Source: an uncultured Bacteroidota bacterium (lineage in GTDB: Bacteria; Bacteroidota; Ignavibacteria; UBA10030; UBA6906). Taken from it: a DNA stretch of 64,000 nt. Positions 20,345-28,944 of the stretch are shown one piece after another. The stretch is taken from assembly GCA_963700635.1 (NCBI GenBank), contig CAVOYH010000004.1, positions 832,001 to 896,000 of the forward strand. Reading direction: 5' to 3'. The translations under genes and the position numbers were made by a program. A model generated the notes under the pieces. The model saw only the letters and a list, made by a program, of their open reading frames with translations. It was not told where the DNA came from and made no database searches. Positions within the stretch are counted from its first letter, which is position 1, and each line of letters opens with the position of its first letter.

Positions 20345-20392
20345 CTTGTTGAAAAATCGTATCATACAAGATATGGATCGTGGACTGACGAT

Positions 20393-21082
20393 ATGAAGCC
20401 GTGTCCGGTGTGTGGGGCAGAGAACGATGATTTTACGGTGGTTTGCACCTCTTGTAAGGGGTTCATACAGACCAAAGTCGATACACTGGACCTGTTCCGC
20501 ACCATATGGGGTCTTCTGGAGGCACCGTCGGCCACATTCCGCAGAATCGCCCTTTCCAGAATCAAAAACTACGTGATCCCGCTCGCCATCCTCCTGGGAA
20601 TCACCATGGCGTACATGCTCTTCTGGAATGCCAACCTTGGAGTACGCGTGCCTCAATTGATCACGCTTATCGGGTTGGGGCTGCTTTCCGGCCCGATTCT
20701 GGGCGTGCTGTTCGTATGCGGGATTGCGCTCCTGGTAAAGGCACTCGCGCCGAGAATGGGCGGAAGAATTACGTTTCGGAACGCCTTCGCCGTCCTTTCC
20801 TACGCTGCCGTTCCGGTAGTCCTCTCGCTCTTTCTTGTTTTTCCGTTTGAAATCGCGGTATTTGGCATCTACTTGTTTGATAAGAACCCGCCCCCGATTG
20901 TTCTGAATCCGGTCGCCTTTATTTTGCTTGTGGGGCTGAACGGTGTCGCCGTGGTATGGTCTCTGGCATTGTCCGGCATAGGCATGCGGGTGGTAGCCGG
21001 GGTGTCGCGATTCTGGACCTCCGTGCTTGTTGTCTTCTTCATGGTCGCGGTGGGCGGTCTGTTTCTGATTCCACTCCGCTAA
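20393..21082 (+). CDS. Zinc-ribbon plus Yip1-like membrane protein
   Basis: CPVC...CTSC N-terminus, APSATFRRI, about five TM helices. Confidence 0.75.
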   Translation: MKPCPVCGAENDDFTVVCTSCKGFIQTKVDTLDLFRTIWGLLEAPSATFRRIALSRIKNYVIPLAILLGITMAYMLFWNANLGVRVPQLITLIGLGLLSGPILGVLFVCGIALLVKALAPRMGGRITFRNAFAVLSYAAVPVVLSLFLVFPFEIAVFGIYLFDKNPPPIVLNPVAFILLVGLNGVAVVWSLALSGIGMRVVAGVSRFWTSVLVVFFMVAVGGLFLIPLR

Positions 21083-21085
21083 ACC

Positions 21086-21439
21086 ATGGAACGGGAAACC
21101 TTCGAACGTATCGTGGAGGAGGAGTATGAAGCACTCCCGGACCTTTTCCGCTCAACCATGGAGAATATCAGGATCATCGTAGAAGACCACGCCCCGGCGG
21201 CCTGGAGAAAGAAAGGGATGTTGCTGGGGTTGTATAACGGCATCCCGCTGACGAAGCGGGGCGCGGACTACGGCATGTATCCCGTCGTCCCGGACACAAT
21301 CACTTTATACAAACACAACCTGGAAGTCCTCGCGCGTGCGGAACCGGATTTGCGACGGCACATCCGTGAAACATTGATTCACGAGATTGGACACTACTTC
21401 GGCATGTCGGAGGAGGAAATCCGGCGGGCCGGTTACTGA
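21086..21439 (+). CDS. Minimal zincin-like metallopeptidase
   Basis: LLGLYNG, PDTITLY, ETLIHEIGHYFG (HExxH). Confidence 0.9.
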   Translation: MERETFERIVEEEYEALPDLFRSTMENIRIIVEDHAPAAWRKKGMLLGLYNGIPLTKRGADYGMYPVVPDTITLYKHNLEVLARAEPDLRRHIRETLIHEIGHYFGMSEEEIRRAGY

Positions 21440-21478
21440 CGTTTGATCATGCACATTTTCGCAGAAGGAATTGACACT

Positions 21479-21778
21479 ATGCCCAGAGTTTTCTTCACAA
21501 TTTCCTACGGGATCAAACCGGAGAAACGCGCGGCCTACGAGGCGCACGTAAAAAAACTCAAGAACCATCTGACCGCCGTGGCCGGAAAGAACTACTCCGT
21601 ATTCGAGGTCAAGGGGAAGAAAGACCAGTTTATGGAGCTCTTCATCAGCGAGAGTGTGGAGGAATTTGACGCGCTGGAGGACAATCTGGATCCGGAGAGC
21701 GAAGCCATGATCGCGCAGATTGAAGAGTTCACCGACGCGGCCGGGATGAAGTATACGACGTATGTAGAGAAATTCTGA
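21479..21778 (+). CDS. Hypothetical protein, probable dimeric alpha/beta-barrel (ABM-like) fold
   Basis: 99-aa ORF with AAGGA SD; beta-alpha-beta pattern (ISYGIKPEKRAAY...FMELF); fold is inferred. Confidence 0.7.
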   Translation: MPRVFFTISYGIKPEKRAAYEAHVKKLKNHLTAVAGKNYSVFEVKGKKDQFMELFISESVEEFDALEDNLDPESEAMIAQIEEFTDAAGMKYTTYVEKF

Positions 21779-21780
21779 AA

Positions 21781-22266
21781 ATGGCGTCACGCCCCACCAT
21801 TGACCCCATCGCGCGCTTTATGCAGGAGCACGACGTTACCTTGATGCACCTGGCGGCGCTAAACCGGGCAACCCGGGCGCTTGAGGAACAGGGGTACTCG
21901 GACGAAACGATGGCGAAAGTCCGCACGGCTGTCCTCTTTCTCGCAAAGGAGGTTGGGGAACACAACGCGCATGAAGAAGAGGCGCTCTTTCCGGTGCTGG
22001 AGCGTTACGTGGAGGGACCCACGAAGATGATGAGGGCGGAACACAAGGAGCTGAAGCGGGAGCTCAAAAAGCTGCAGACGGCAATCCGGAATATCAAGGC
22101 CTCCCGAGTCTCGGCGACAACACTGCGCGGCCTCCGGGCCCGGGCGCAGACGGTCATACAACGGTTCGTCAATCATATTCACAAAGAGAATAATATTCTG
22201 TTTCCCCTCGTCCAGAAGTTCCTGACGCGTGATGCATTACGGGAAATTGCACGTCGTCTTGGCTGA
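21781..22266 (+). CDS. Hemerythrin-like domain protein
   Basis: EH...HNAHEEEALFP...EH...HIHKENNILFP di-iron ligand pattern. Confidence 0.9.
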   Translation: MASRPTIDPIARFMQEHDVTLMHLAALNRATRALEEQGYSDETMAKVRTAVLFLAKEVGEHNAHEEEALFPVLERYVEGPTKMMRAEHKELKRELKKLQTAIRNIKASRVSATTLRGLRARAQTVIQRFVNHIHKENNILFPLVQKFLTRDALREIARRLG

Positions 22267-22329
22267 GTTCGCAGGACTATCTACTCCCGCTCCCGGCGGA
22301 TTTACCCTTCAACCATATCAGGAAGCACT

Positions 22330-23469
22330 ATGATCCGGAATGTTCCATCTGGTCAGTTTGTTAAAGTGCTGGATGCCGTCTTTGGCTTCGGCAAAGAGGA
22401 ACGCGGGTTGACCTTTCTCGTGGATATGCCCGATGACCGTATCAAGGACTCTCCGGCATGGAAGGATCGGAGAAGGATCGCGACAGAGTGGTACCTCATG
22501 CTGCAGGATCAATGGGACCGGATGCCGTTCCCCGTTATGTCATTCTGTGCGTACCCGAACGTGGGTACGAACAACGGTGACCTGCCCGAAACCGTTCTCC
22601 TTGTGGAACAGGTTACACGCGATGGCAATACAAAAACAAGCGTCGAGACCTCACTCGAAAGCATTCTCGAGGCATCCAGCGTCGTCTTAGCCCCTACAGA
22701 GCTTTCCGCGACTGCTCCGCTCAAGGTTCTGGCGAGACGGCTTGGATTCCGAGGGGCAACAATGCCCGGGTTCTCACGCGCAATGATCCCTGCACTGAGT
22801 CTGGACTACCAGGAGGTAAACCGGCGGGTCGTGGAATTTCAGAAACGAATGAACCGGGCAACCGGTGCGGATGTTCTCCTTTCGTCGGAAGGAAAATCCT
22901 ACGGCCTGCATCTGGACCTCCGTGATCGCACCGCACACGCAAGCGGGGGGGTAATCCGGGAGCCAGGCAGTGTCGCCAACCTTCCGTCCGGCGAAGCGTA
23001 CATCGTTCCGTACGAGGGGGAGACTGCAGGGAAGGCAAGCCGGACTGAGGGGCTCCTCCCGGTACAGTTCGGCACAGAGGTGGTCCTCTTCCGGGTCACC
23101 GGAAACCGCGCCGTTGCAGTTGAGAGTAAGGGACCAGCCTCGGATCACCAGCGGGGTCTGCTGAAATCCGATCCCGCATACGGGAATATCGCGGAACTGG
23201 GCATAGGGGTGCTCGGGGAATGGGGCGTGACTGCTGTCGGGAGCACGCTCCTGGACGAAAAACTGGGAGTCCATATCGCGTTCGGACGAAGTGAACACTT
23301 TGGGGGGATAACCGGCCCATCTTCCTTCTCATCTCCTGAACGAGTTGTGCACATCGATTGGGTGTATGTGCCAAGTGTACAACCAGATGTATCCGTGGAC
23401 AGGGTGACGTTTATCTACGATGAGATGACATCTGAAGAGATCTTCGTGAAGGGCAAGTTTGTTGTTTAA
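22330..23469 (+). CDS. M29/aminopeptidase T-like metalloprotein
   Basis: NLPSGEAY, NIAELGIG, DEKLGVHIAFG, VHID motifs. Confidence 0.7.
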   Translation: MIRNVPSGQFVKVLDAVFGFGKEERGLTFLVDMPDDRIKDSPAWKDRRRIATEWYLMLQDQWDRMPFPVMSFCAYPNVGTNNGDLPETVLLVEQVTRDGNTKTSVETSLESILEASSVVLAPTELSATAPLKVLARRLGFRGATMPGFSRAMIPALSLDYQEVNRRVVEFQKRMNRATGADVLLSSEGKSYGLHLDLRDRTAHASGGVIREPGSVANLPSGEAYIVPYEGETAGKASRTEGLLPVQFGTEVVLFRVTGNRAVAVESKGPASDHQRGLLKSDPAYGNIAELGIGVLGEWGVTAVGSTLLDEKLGVHIAFGRSEHFGGITGPSSFSSPERVVHIDWVYVPSVQPDVSVDRVTFIYDEMTSEEIFVKGKFVV

Positions 23470-23507
23470 TGACCATAGAATAGTGTTTATACGATAGGTG
23501 CGTACTA

Positions 23508-23849
23508 TTGAAATTAAAGAAGTTACGCCGTCTTAATGAAGGCGAAATCGAGTTATTATGGGACGATGGCCATGTAGGTCCGTCGAAACTGACGGTGCTG
23601 CGTGAAGCCTGCCCCTGCGCCGGTTGTCAGGGTGAGACAGTTCTTCTGAAGCAGTATGCTCCGGTGAAGGATTCCAACAATAACCCCCAAAAATACATAT
23701 TGCAGGGGGTAGAACCGGTGGGGAGTTACGCTCTGAAATTTACCTGGGGGGACGGGCACGACCAGGGGTTGTATACATGGGAGCATCTGCGCGCTTTCTG
23801 CGAGTGTGAGAAATGTCGTGAAGAGAGGATAGCGAACCCCCTTGGTTGA
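23508..23849 (+). CDS. DUF971 (GBBH N-terminal-like) protein
   Basis: WDDGH, LREACPCAGC, VGSYAL, WGDGHDQGLYTWEHL; TTG start. Confidence 0.88.
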   Translation: MKLKKLRRLNEGEIELLWDDGHVGPSKLTVLREACPCAGCQGETVLLKQYAPVKDSNNNPQKYILQGVEPVGSYALKFTWGDGHDQGLYTWEHLRAFCECEKCREERIANPLG

Positions 23850-24357
23850 ACCTCTCGAGACCTTTTCCCTGATGGACCATGTCCCCTACGGGATCTGGGG
23901 GTGTGCGTTGAGAACTCCGGAAGGGGCGTCGGCCATTATCGTTACCTGGATTACCCAGCTGTCGTTCCGGCCACCTCTGGTAGGCGTCGTGCTGGAAAAC
24001 GGTGGCGGGTTCCTGAAGCATGTCCTGAAAACGGGAGATTTTACGCTGAGCGCGCTTCCGCGTGAGAAGGGGAAACTGATCGCCCAGAAGATCCTGCGGC
24101 AGGGGATGGATTTTTCGCAGCAGCGAAATGCAGACTTGTTCCGCAGGGATCCTGTCTGGAGTGAAGCCATCGAAGGGTCCATGGCAGCCATTCGGTGCCG
24201 TGTGGCCACTCACCATCCGGTCGGAGACCACACCCTCATTGTTGCAGGGGTAACCGAGGAGCATCGATGGTTTCCGGGAGAGCCCCTTCGTCTTGCTGAC
24301 ACCGGCTGGAGATACCGTCAGGCGTTTCCAACAGGGGACACCACCACCACCGACTGA
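23842..24357 (+). CDS. Flavin reductase-like family protein
   Basis: TWITQLSFRPPLVGV, GDHTLIVA. Confidence 0.85.
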   Translation: MVEPLETFSLMDHVPYGIWGCALRTPEGASAIIVTWITQLSFRPPLVGVVLENGGGFLKHVLKTGDFTLSALPREKGKLIAQKILRQGMDFSQQRNADLFRRDPVWSEAIEGSMAAIRCRVATHHPVGDHTLIVAGVTEEHRWFPGEPLRLADTGWRYRQAFPTGDTTTTD

Positions 24358-24368
24358 GTTGAGCACTT

Positions 24369-24566
24369 ATGGCAGCAATAGACACGTTTGAAGACTACCT
24401 TGCAGCGTTTTCAACCCTTGAACCGGGGACGATCTCTGAGACTGTAGCACAGAGCAGGGCGGAACTCCTTGCCGCCCGGAGCGAAGAGGCGCGGATCCGG
24501 CTTGTGCACGCGTTTATCCGGGAGACACACGACCGTCTGTCAAAGTCCCGGGAAACACATTCCTGA
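24369..24566 (+). CDS. Small hypothetical protein (65 aa)
   Basis: ATG 11 nt after the previous stop; helical-looking ORF. Confidence 0.6.
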   Translation: MAAIDTFEDYLAAFSTLEPGTISETVAQSRAELLAARSEEARIRLVHAFIRETHDRLSKSRETHS

Positions 24567-24658
24567 GCCTTCTCCGGCTTCTCCTGCGCCCCGCCCCGGG
24601 GAACGAGTGACAGGGAACATTCTGGTACATCCCATCGAGAAGGAAATAGCCCGGACTT

Positions 24659-26485
24659 TTAGTTGCGCTTCTGCATGGTGGCCTGCAACTTCATGATGGT
24701 ACCGTCACGATCCACTTCCACGGTGACCTCATCACCAGCCTTCAGTTCGCCGAGTATTCCCATGTAGTCGTAGATGTTCATGACTTTTTTCCCACCCATT
24801 GCCAGGATGATATCGCCGGCCTTCATTCCGGCCTTTTCTGCCGCGCCATTCGGACGCACCCCGCTGATTTTCATACCCGTACTACTTTCACCCACGTCAG
24901 GAACAATTCCGAGTGTGACAGTAAAACTTCTGCTGTCACCGCCCTGATTCCCCCGGCGCGACGATGCAACCTGGACCCTCGCAAATTCCGGCCGTGCGCG
25001 CATGGTGTCCAGGTCATTGACGATTGCCTGGATATAGCGCGTGATTGCTGACTGTCCCTCGTAGTTTAACTTCTCCCAGTCATCACTCGGTTTGTGGTAG
25101 TCGTCGTGAGTGCCGGTGAAGAAAAACAGGACGGGGATATCCTTGCCATAGAACACGGCATGGTCGCTGGGGCCAAAGCCATCTGGATTAAGCGAGAGAA
25201 CAAACGTCGAGTCTGCATTATGCCGGGCAAGAAGCGCCGGCCATTCGGGAGAAGTGCCGGTCCCGCCGATGCTCAACGCCCGGTTGTCCAGACGCCCTAC
25301 CATATCCAGGTTCAGCATCGTGACGGACTTCTCCAGGGGAAAAGAAGGTTTTGCTATGTAGTGTGCTGACCCAAGCGTGCCAAGCTCTTCTGCGGAGAAG
25401 AAAGCGAAGACGTAGGTACGGGCCAGCGTGGATGTCCGCGCGCTCATGGATTGGGCAAGCTCAAGGAGAGAGGCGGTGCCGGACGCATTATCGTCTGCGC
25501 CATTGTGGATGGCAATCGTGTCGGGAGTCATCGACCCTGATCCCGGGCCTCCCATCCCGAGGTGATCCATGTGTGCACCGAGGATCACCACCTCGTCTTT
25601 TCTGACCGGGTCAGTGCCTTCCAGATACCCGACGATGTTTGATGTCTGGCTCACGACCCGCGTGACTTCGACATCCAGCGCGATGTGCGCGTGGCCAAGG
25701 GGAAAGGAATTCGGCTTCTGCGTGGCACGCATTGAATCCTGGAGAGATTTCAGCGACCAGCCGGAAGCTCGGAAAAACGGATCGAGGATATCACGTTTCA
25801 TGGACACTGCGACAATGCCGGATGAACCGGCTCCCTGATCGAGTGCCAGTCTGTACAGGCTGTCGTCTGTCTCATCAACCGGACCGTTGATCATGATGAT
25901 GGCTTTCGCCCCGTTTTCCCGGGCGACCCGGGCCTTGTTGCGTAATCCGGTGTACCGCTGGAATGGACTTCGCGGTGAGGCTCCGTCAGGTCCGTAGCGG
26001 AGCATGACAAGAATCTTGTCTTTGACATCAATACCTGCGTAGTCATCATATTCCTTGTCCGGTGCCGTTACTCCGTACCCGACGAAGACCAGGGCTCCTT
26101 CCACACTTTCCGATGCCGAAAAGCCGAAGGGTCTGAAGTCAACATCCACGGTCAGTGCCTTCTGAGTCCCGGGGATTTCCGGGCCTTTGACCAACGCGTT
26201 ATTCTTCTCCCCCAATTTGACCGCTGATACAAACTCAAAAGGTTGAAAATAGGTGCCGTTATCGCCCGCGGGTTTAAGACCCCATACCTTCAACTGTTTT
26301 GCAATGTAGAGAGCCGCCTGAGTGTTCCCGTCAGTACCCGAGCCCCGGCCAGCCAGTTCGTCGGAGGCAAGATACCTGACGTGCTCCCGAAGTTCCCCCG
26401 ACGTGATCTCAGGTGTTGAAGTCTGGGCCAGAGAAGCTCCCGAAATGATGAAAACCATCGACAAAATGGAGATTATGCGCACCAT
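24659..26485 (-). CDS. M28 family peptidase with PA and PDZ domains
   Basis: Signal peptide, GAHMDHLG, GADDNASG, AEELG, NLDMVGR, SDH, YHKPSD, C-terminal PDZ (LGIVPD...AEKAG..AGDII). Confidence 0.93.
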   Translation of the reverse strand: MVRIISILSMVFIISGASLAQTSTPEITSGELREHVRYLASDELAGRGSGTDGNTQAALYIAKQLKVWGLKPAGDNGTYFQPFEFVSAVKLGEKNNALVKGPEIPGTQKALTVDVDFRPFGFSASESVEGALVFVGYGVTAPDKEYDDYAGIDVKDKILVMLRYGPDGASPRSPFQRYTGLRNKARVARENGAKAIIMINGPVDETDDSLYRLALDQGAGSSGIVAVSMKRDILDPFFRASGWSLKSLQDSMRATQKPNSFPLGHAHIALDVEVTRVVSQTSNIVGYLEGTDPVRKDEVVILGAHMDHLGMGGPGSGSMTPDTIAIHNGADDNASGTASLLELAQSMSARTSTLARTYVFAFFSAEELGTLGSAHYIAKPSFPLEKSVTMLNLDMVGRLDNRALSIGGTGTSPEWPALLARHNADSTFVLSLNPDGFGPSDHAVFYGKDIPVLFFFTGTHDDYHKPSDDWEKLNYEGQSAITRYIQAIVNDLDTMRARPEFARVQVASSRRGNQGGDSRSFTVTLGIVPDVGESSTGMKISGVRPNGAAEKAGMKAGDIILAMGGKKVMNIYDYMGILGELKAGDEVTVEVDRDGTIMKLQATMQKRN

Positions 26486-26530
26486 ATGATATCCTCGTTT
26501 TTTTTAGGGCAAAAAAATTGGTCGAGAAAC

Positions 26531-27586
26531 CTACTCCACCCAATCGGCCAGGAAGAGATTTGTTTCTCCGCGAACCTTCGCATTTCTGTTCGATGCAAAG
26601 GCGAGCCGTTTCCCATCCCGTGTAAACATCGGGAAACCATCAAAAGTTTGGTTGAACGTAATACGTCTAAGTCCGCTCCCGTCAATATGTATCAGGTACA
26701 AGTCAAAGTTTCTTCCAGCAGGATCAGCGAGATTTGATGCAAAAATGATTCGCTCGTTATCCGGGTGGAAGAAAGGTGCAAAGTTTGCAGCACCGTTGTT
26801 CGTAATTTGCCGTTTCTCCGTCCCGTCGGCGTTCATGACAAACAGCTCCATACGGGATGGGCGCACCAGATTCTCCATCAGGAGACGCTTGTACTCCGCG
26901 GCCGCAGAGGAGTCGGTATAGTGCCAGGCCCGATAGACGATTTTTTTTCCGTCCCATGAATAGAACGCGCCGCCATCGTACCCTGTCTCATCGGTCAATC
27001 GGCGGATATTCCCGCCGTCAATGTCCATGGAATACAGATCCAGGTCCCCGGAGCGCATTGAGGTAAAAACAATCGCATCTCCGGTCGGAGAAACGGTGGC
27101 TTCGGCATCGTAACCCGGCGCTGGGGCGAGGGGACGGACGTTTTCACCCTTATCGGTCGCCGTGTAGATGTCATATTCCGGGTAGATCGCCCAGGCATAT
27201 CCCTGTGAATAGTCGGGGGAAGGGGGGCACTTCGAGGAGGACGCATGCGTGGACGCAAACAGGATTGTTGAATCGCCGGGAAGGAAGTAGCCGCATGTCG
27301 TACGCCCCCTGCCGCCGCTCACGAGTGTTGCTGTCCCCGTCAGAATATCAAGGATGTACTCCTGGTCACATTCAAACGGAGGCCGGGTGGACTGAAAGAT
27401 GAGTCTCTGCTCATCAAACGAGAAGTACCCCTCGGCATTCTCGCCGCCAAATGTCAGCTGGCGGAGATTGCGCAGATGCGTTTCCCCTTCCACCAGAAGG
27501 CCTTCGCTGGCGGACTGTTGTGTTTGAGCCGGTTGAGAGACCAGGACCAGCACGATCAAGAGGAGAGTACGAAGGGGGGACCACAC
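26531..27586 (-). CDS. TolB-like WD40/PD40 beta-propeller protein (start uncertain; ORF open to 27649)
   Basis: LRQLTFGGENAEGYFS, GYDAEATVSP, GYDGGAFYS, FAPFFHP, FDGFPMF repeats. Confidence 0.9.
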   Translation of the reverse strand: MWSPLRTLLLIVLVLVSQPAQTQQSASEGLLVEGETHLRNLRQLTFGGENAEGYFSFDEQRLIFQSTRPPFECDQEYILDILTGTATLVSGGRGRTTCGYFLPGDSTILFASTHASSSKCPPSPDYSQGYAWAIYPEYDIYTATDKGENVRPLAPAPGYDAEATVSPTGDAIVFTSMRSGDLDLYSMDIDGGNIRRLTDETGYDGGAFYSWDGKKIVYRAWHYTDSSAAAEYKRLLMENLVRPSRMELFVMNADGTEKRQITNNGAANFAPFFHPDNERIIFASNLADPAGRNFDLYLIHIDGSGLRRITFNQTFDGFPMFTRDGKRLAFASNRNAKVRGETNLFLADWVE

Positions 27587-27709
27587 GTACGTAACGGTGT
27601 TGAAGGCATAACAGTGACGGCAGATCGCCCGAAGATGCATAATGGTCAATGAACGTTGTGAGAAGAAAGTGCATTAATATACATTCATACCGACTGATTT
27701 GCAAGGTTA

Positions 27710-27738
27710 TTGACATTCGGACGATTGGTGGATATATT
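27710..27738 (+). promoter_or_regulatory. Near-consensus promoter of the SDR-yqeY-mutS2 run; leaderless first gene
   Basis: TTGACA (27710-27715), 17 bp, TATATT (27733-27738); ATG 7 nt downstream. Confidence 0.7.
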
Positions 27739-27745
27739 TCACTCT

Positions 27746-28459
27746 ATGGATTTTAAGGCGCACACAGTAATCGTGACAGGCGGGCGGGGAGCGCTGGGAA
27801 GTGAAGTGGTCCGTCTTTTTCTAAGCGCCGGTGCCCGAGTCGCCATTCCGGTGCGTCCTGGCAGCAGAGTGACGGAGCAGAGCACCGTTCCGCTGACGGA
27901 GAGCATGGTCCCCTTCGAATGGGAATGTGATGTGGCCAATGAGCGTGATGTCGGCGGTTTTGTTGCGGCCGTGAGAAGGACGTACGGAGACCCGGATATT
28001 CTGGTTCATGCCGCAGGGGGGTATACGGGGGGGAAGCGGGTCGATGAGACAACGGCCGATCTCTGGGACAACATGCTCTCCCTGAATCTCCGCTCCGCTT
28101 TTCTTTTTGTCAGGGAAGTTCTTCCTCCGATGAGGGAGAGGGGAGCCGGGAGGATCGTGTTCATTTCGGCGATCACGGCGTTGCGTCCGTCAGCCCTGAA
28201 CGCGGCCTATGCGGTTTCCAAAAGGGGAATTCTGACTCTGATGGAAGTGGTAGCAGAGGAAGTCAAAGGTACGGGTGTCACGGCGAATGCGGTGGCCCCG
28301 TCAATTATGGATACGCCGGCAAATCGCGCGGCGATGCCGAAAGCCGATACGGGACGCTGGCTGACCACCGCGGAGGTCGCCGCGACTGTCCTTTACCTTT
28401 GCTCTCAGGATGCGCGGGGAATTAACGGTGCCACGATCCCCCTCCGCGGGGGATTGTAA
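27746..28459 (+). CDS. Short-chain dehydrogenase/reductase
   Basis: TGGRGALG Rossmann motif, YAVSK catalytic motif, NAVAP. Confidence 0.92.
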   Translation: MDFKAHTVIVTGGRGALGSEVVRLFLSAGARVAIPVRPGSRVTEQSTVPLTESMVPFEWECDVANERDVGGFVAAVRRTYGDPDILVHAAGGYTGGKRVDETTADLWDNMLSLNLRSAFLFVREVLPPMRERGAGRIVFISAITALRPSALNAAYAVSKRGILTLMEVVAEEVKGTGVTANAVAPSIMDTPANRAAMPKADTGRWLTTAEVAATVLYLCSQDARGINGATIPLRGGL

Positions 28460-28475
28460 CAAGCGAAAGACGACG

Positions 28476-28940
28476 ATGGATATGTCATTACAGGAACGGA
28501 TTCGCGGCGATCTGAAAGCCGCAATGAAGAGCGGTGACACGCTCCGCCTCGAAACATTACGGTCCATCAGGGCCGCTCTCCTGGAGAAGGAAATCCAGCA
28601 CCGGGGCGGGGAGAGCCCGATGAGCCCGGAAGACGAGATCGGGGTGCTTCTGAGCGCAGCCAAACGCCGTAAGGAATCCGTCGAACAGTTTGCAAAAGGC
28701 GGCCGCCAGGATCTGGTGGAGCAGGAATCAAAGGAGCTTGCAATTATCCGGGAGTACCTTCCGAAGCAAATGGACCATGATGAGATCCGGGGAATAGTCC
28801 AGGGTATCATAACAGAATCCGGGGCACAGACAGCAGGGGATTTCGCAAAGGTCATGCCGGTTGTTATGAGGCAGCTCAAAGGAAAGGCGGACGGAAAAGT
28901 AGTCCAGGAACTCGTGAAGGAGCTTCTTGCCCGGACATGA
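28476..28940 (+). CDS. GatB/YqeY domain protein
   Basis: DLKAAMKSGD, KRRKESVEQF..GGR.DL...E..E, YLPKQM, KGKADGK. Confidence 0.93.
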   Translation: MDMSLQERIRGDLKAAMKSGDTLRLETLRSIRAALLEKEIQHRGGESPMSPEDEIGVLLSAAKRRKESVEQFAKGGRQDLVEQESKELAIIREYLPKQMDHDEIRGIVQGIITESGAQTAGDFAKVMPVVMRQLKGKADGKVVQELVKELLART

Positions 28941-28944
28941 CCGC

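Noticed and set aside
19706-20656. Long antisense ORFs (e.g. 19706-20656, 28301-29092, 48356-49129, 60359-61102)
   Set aside because: They shadow well-supported genes on the opposite strand, as expected in GC-rich DNA, and show no motifs
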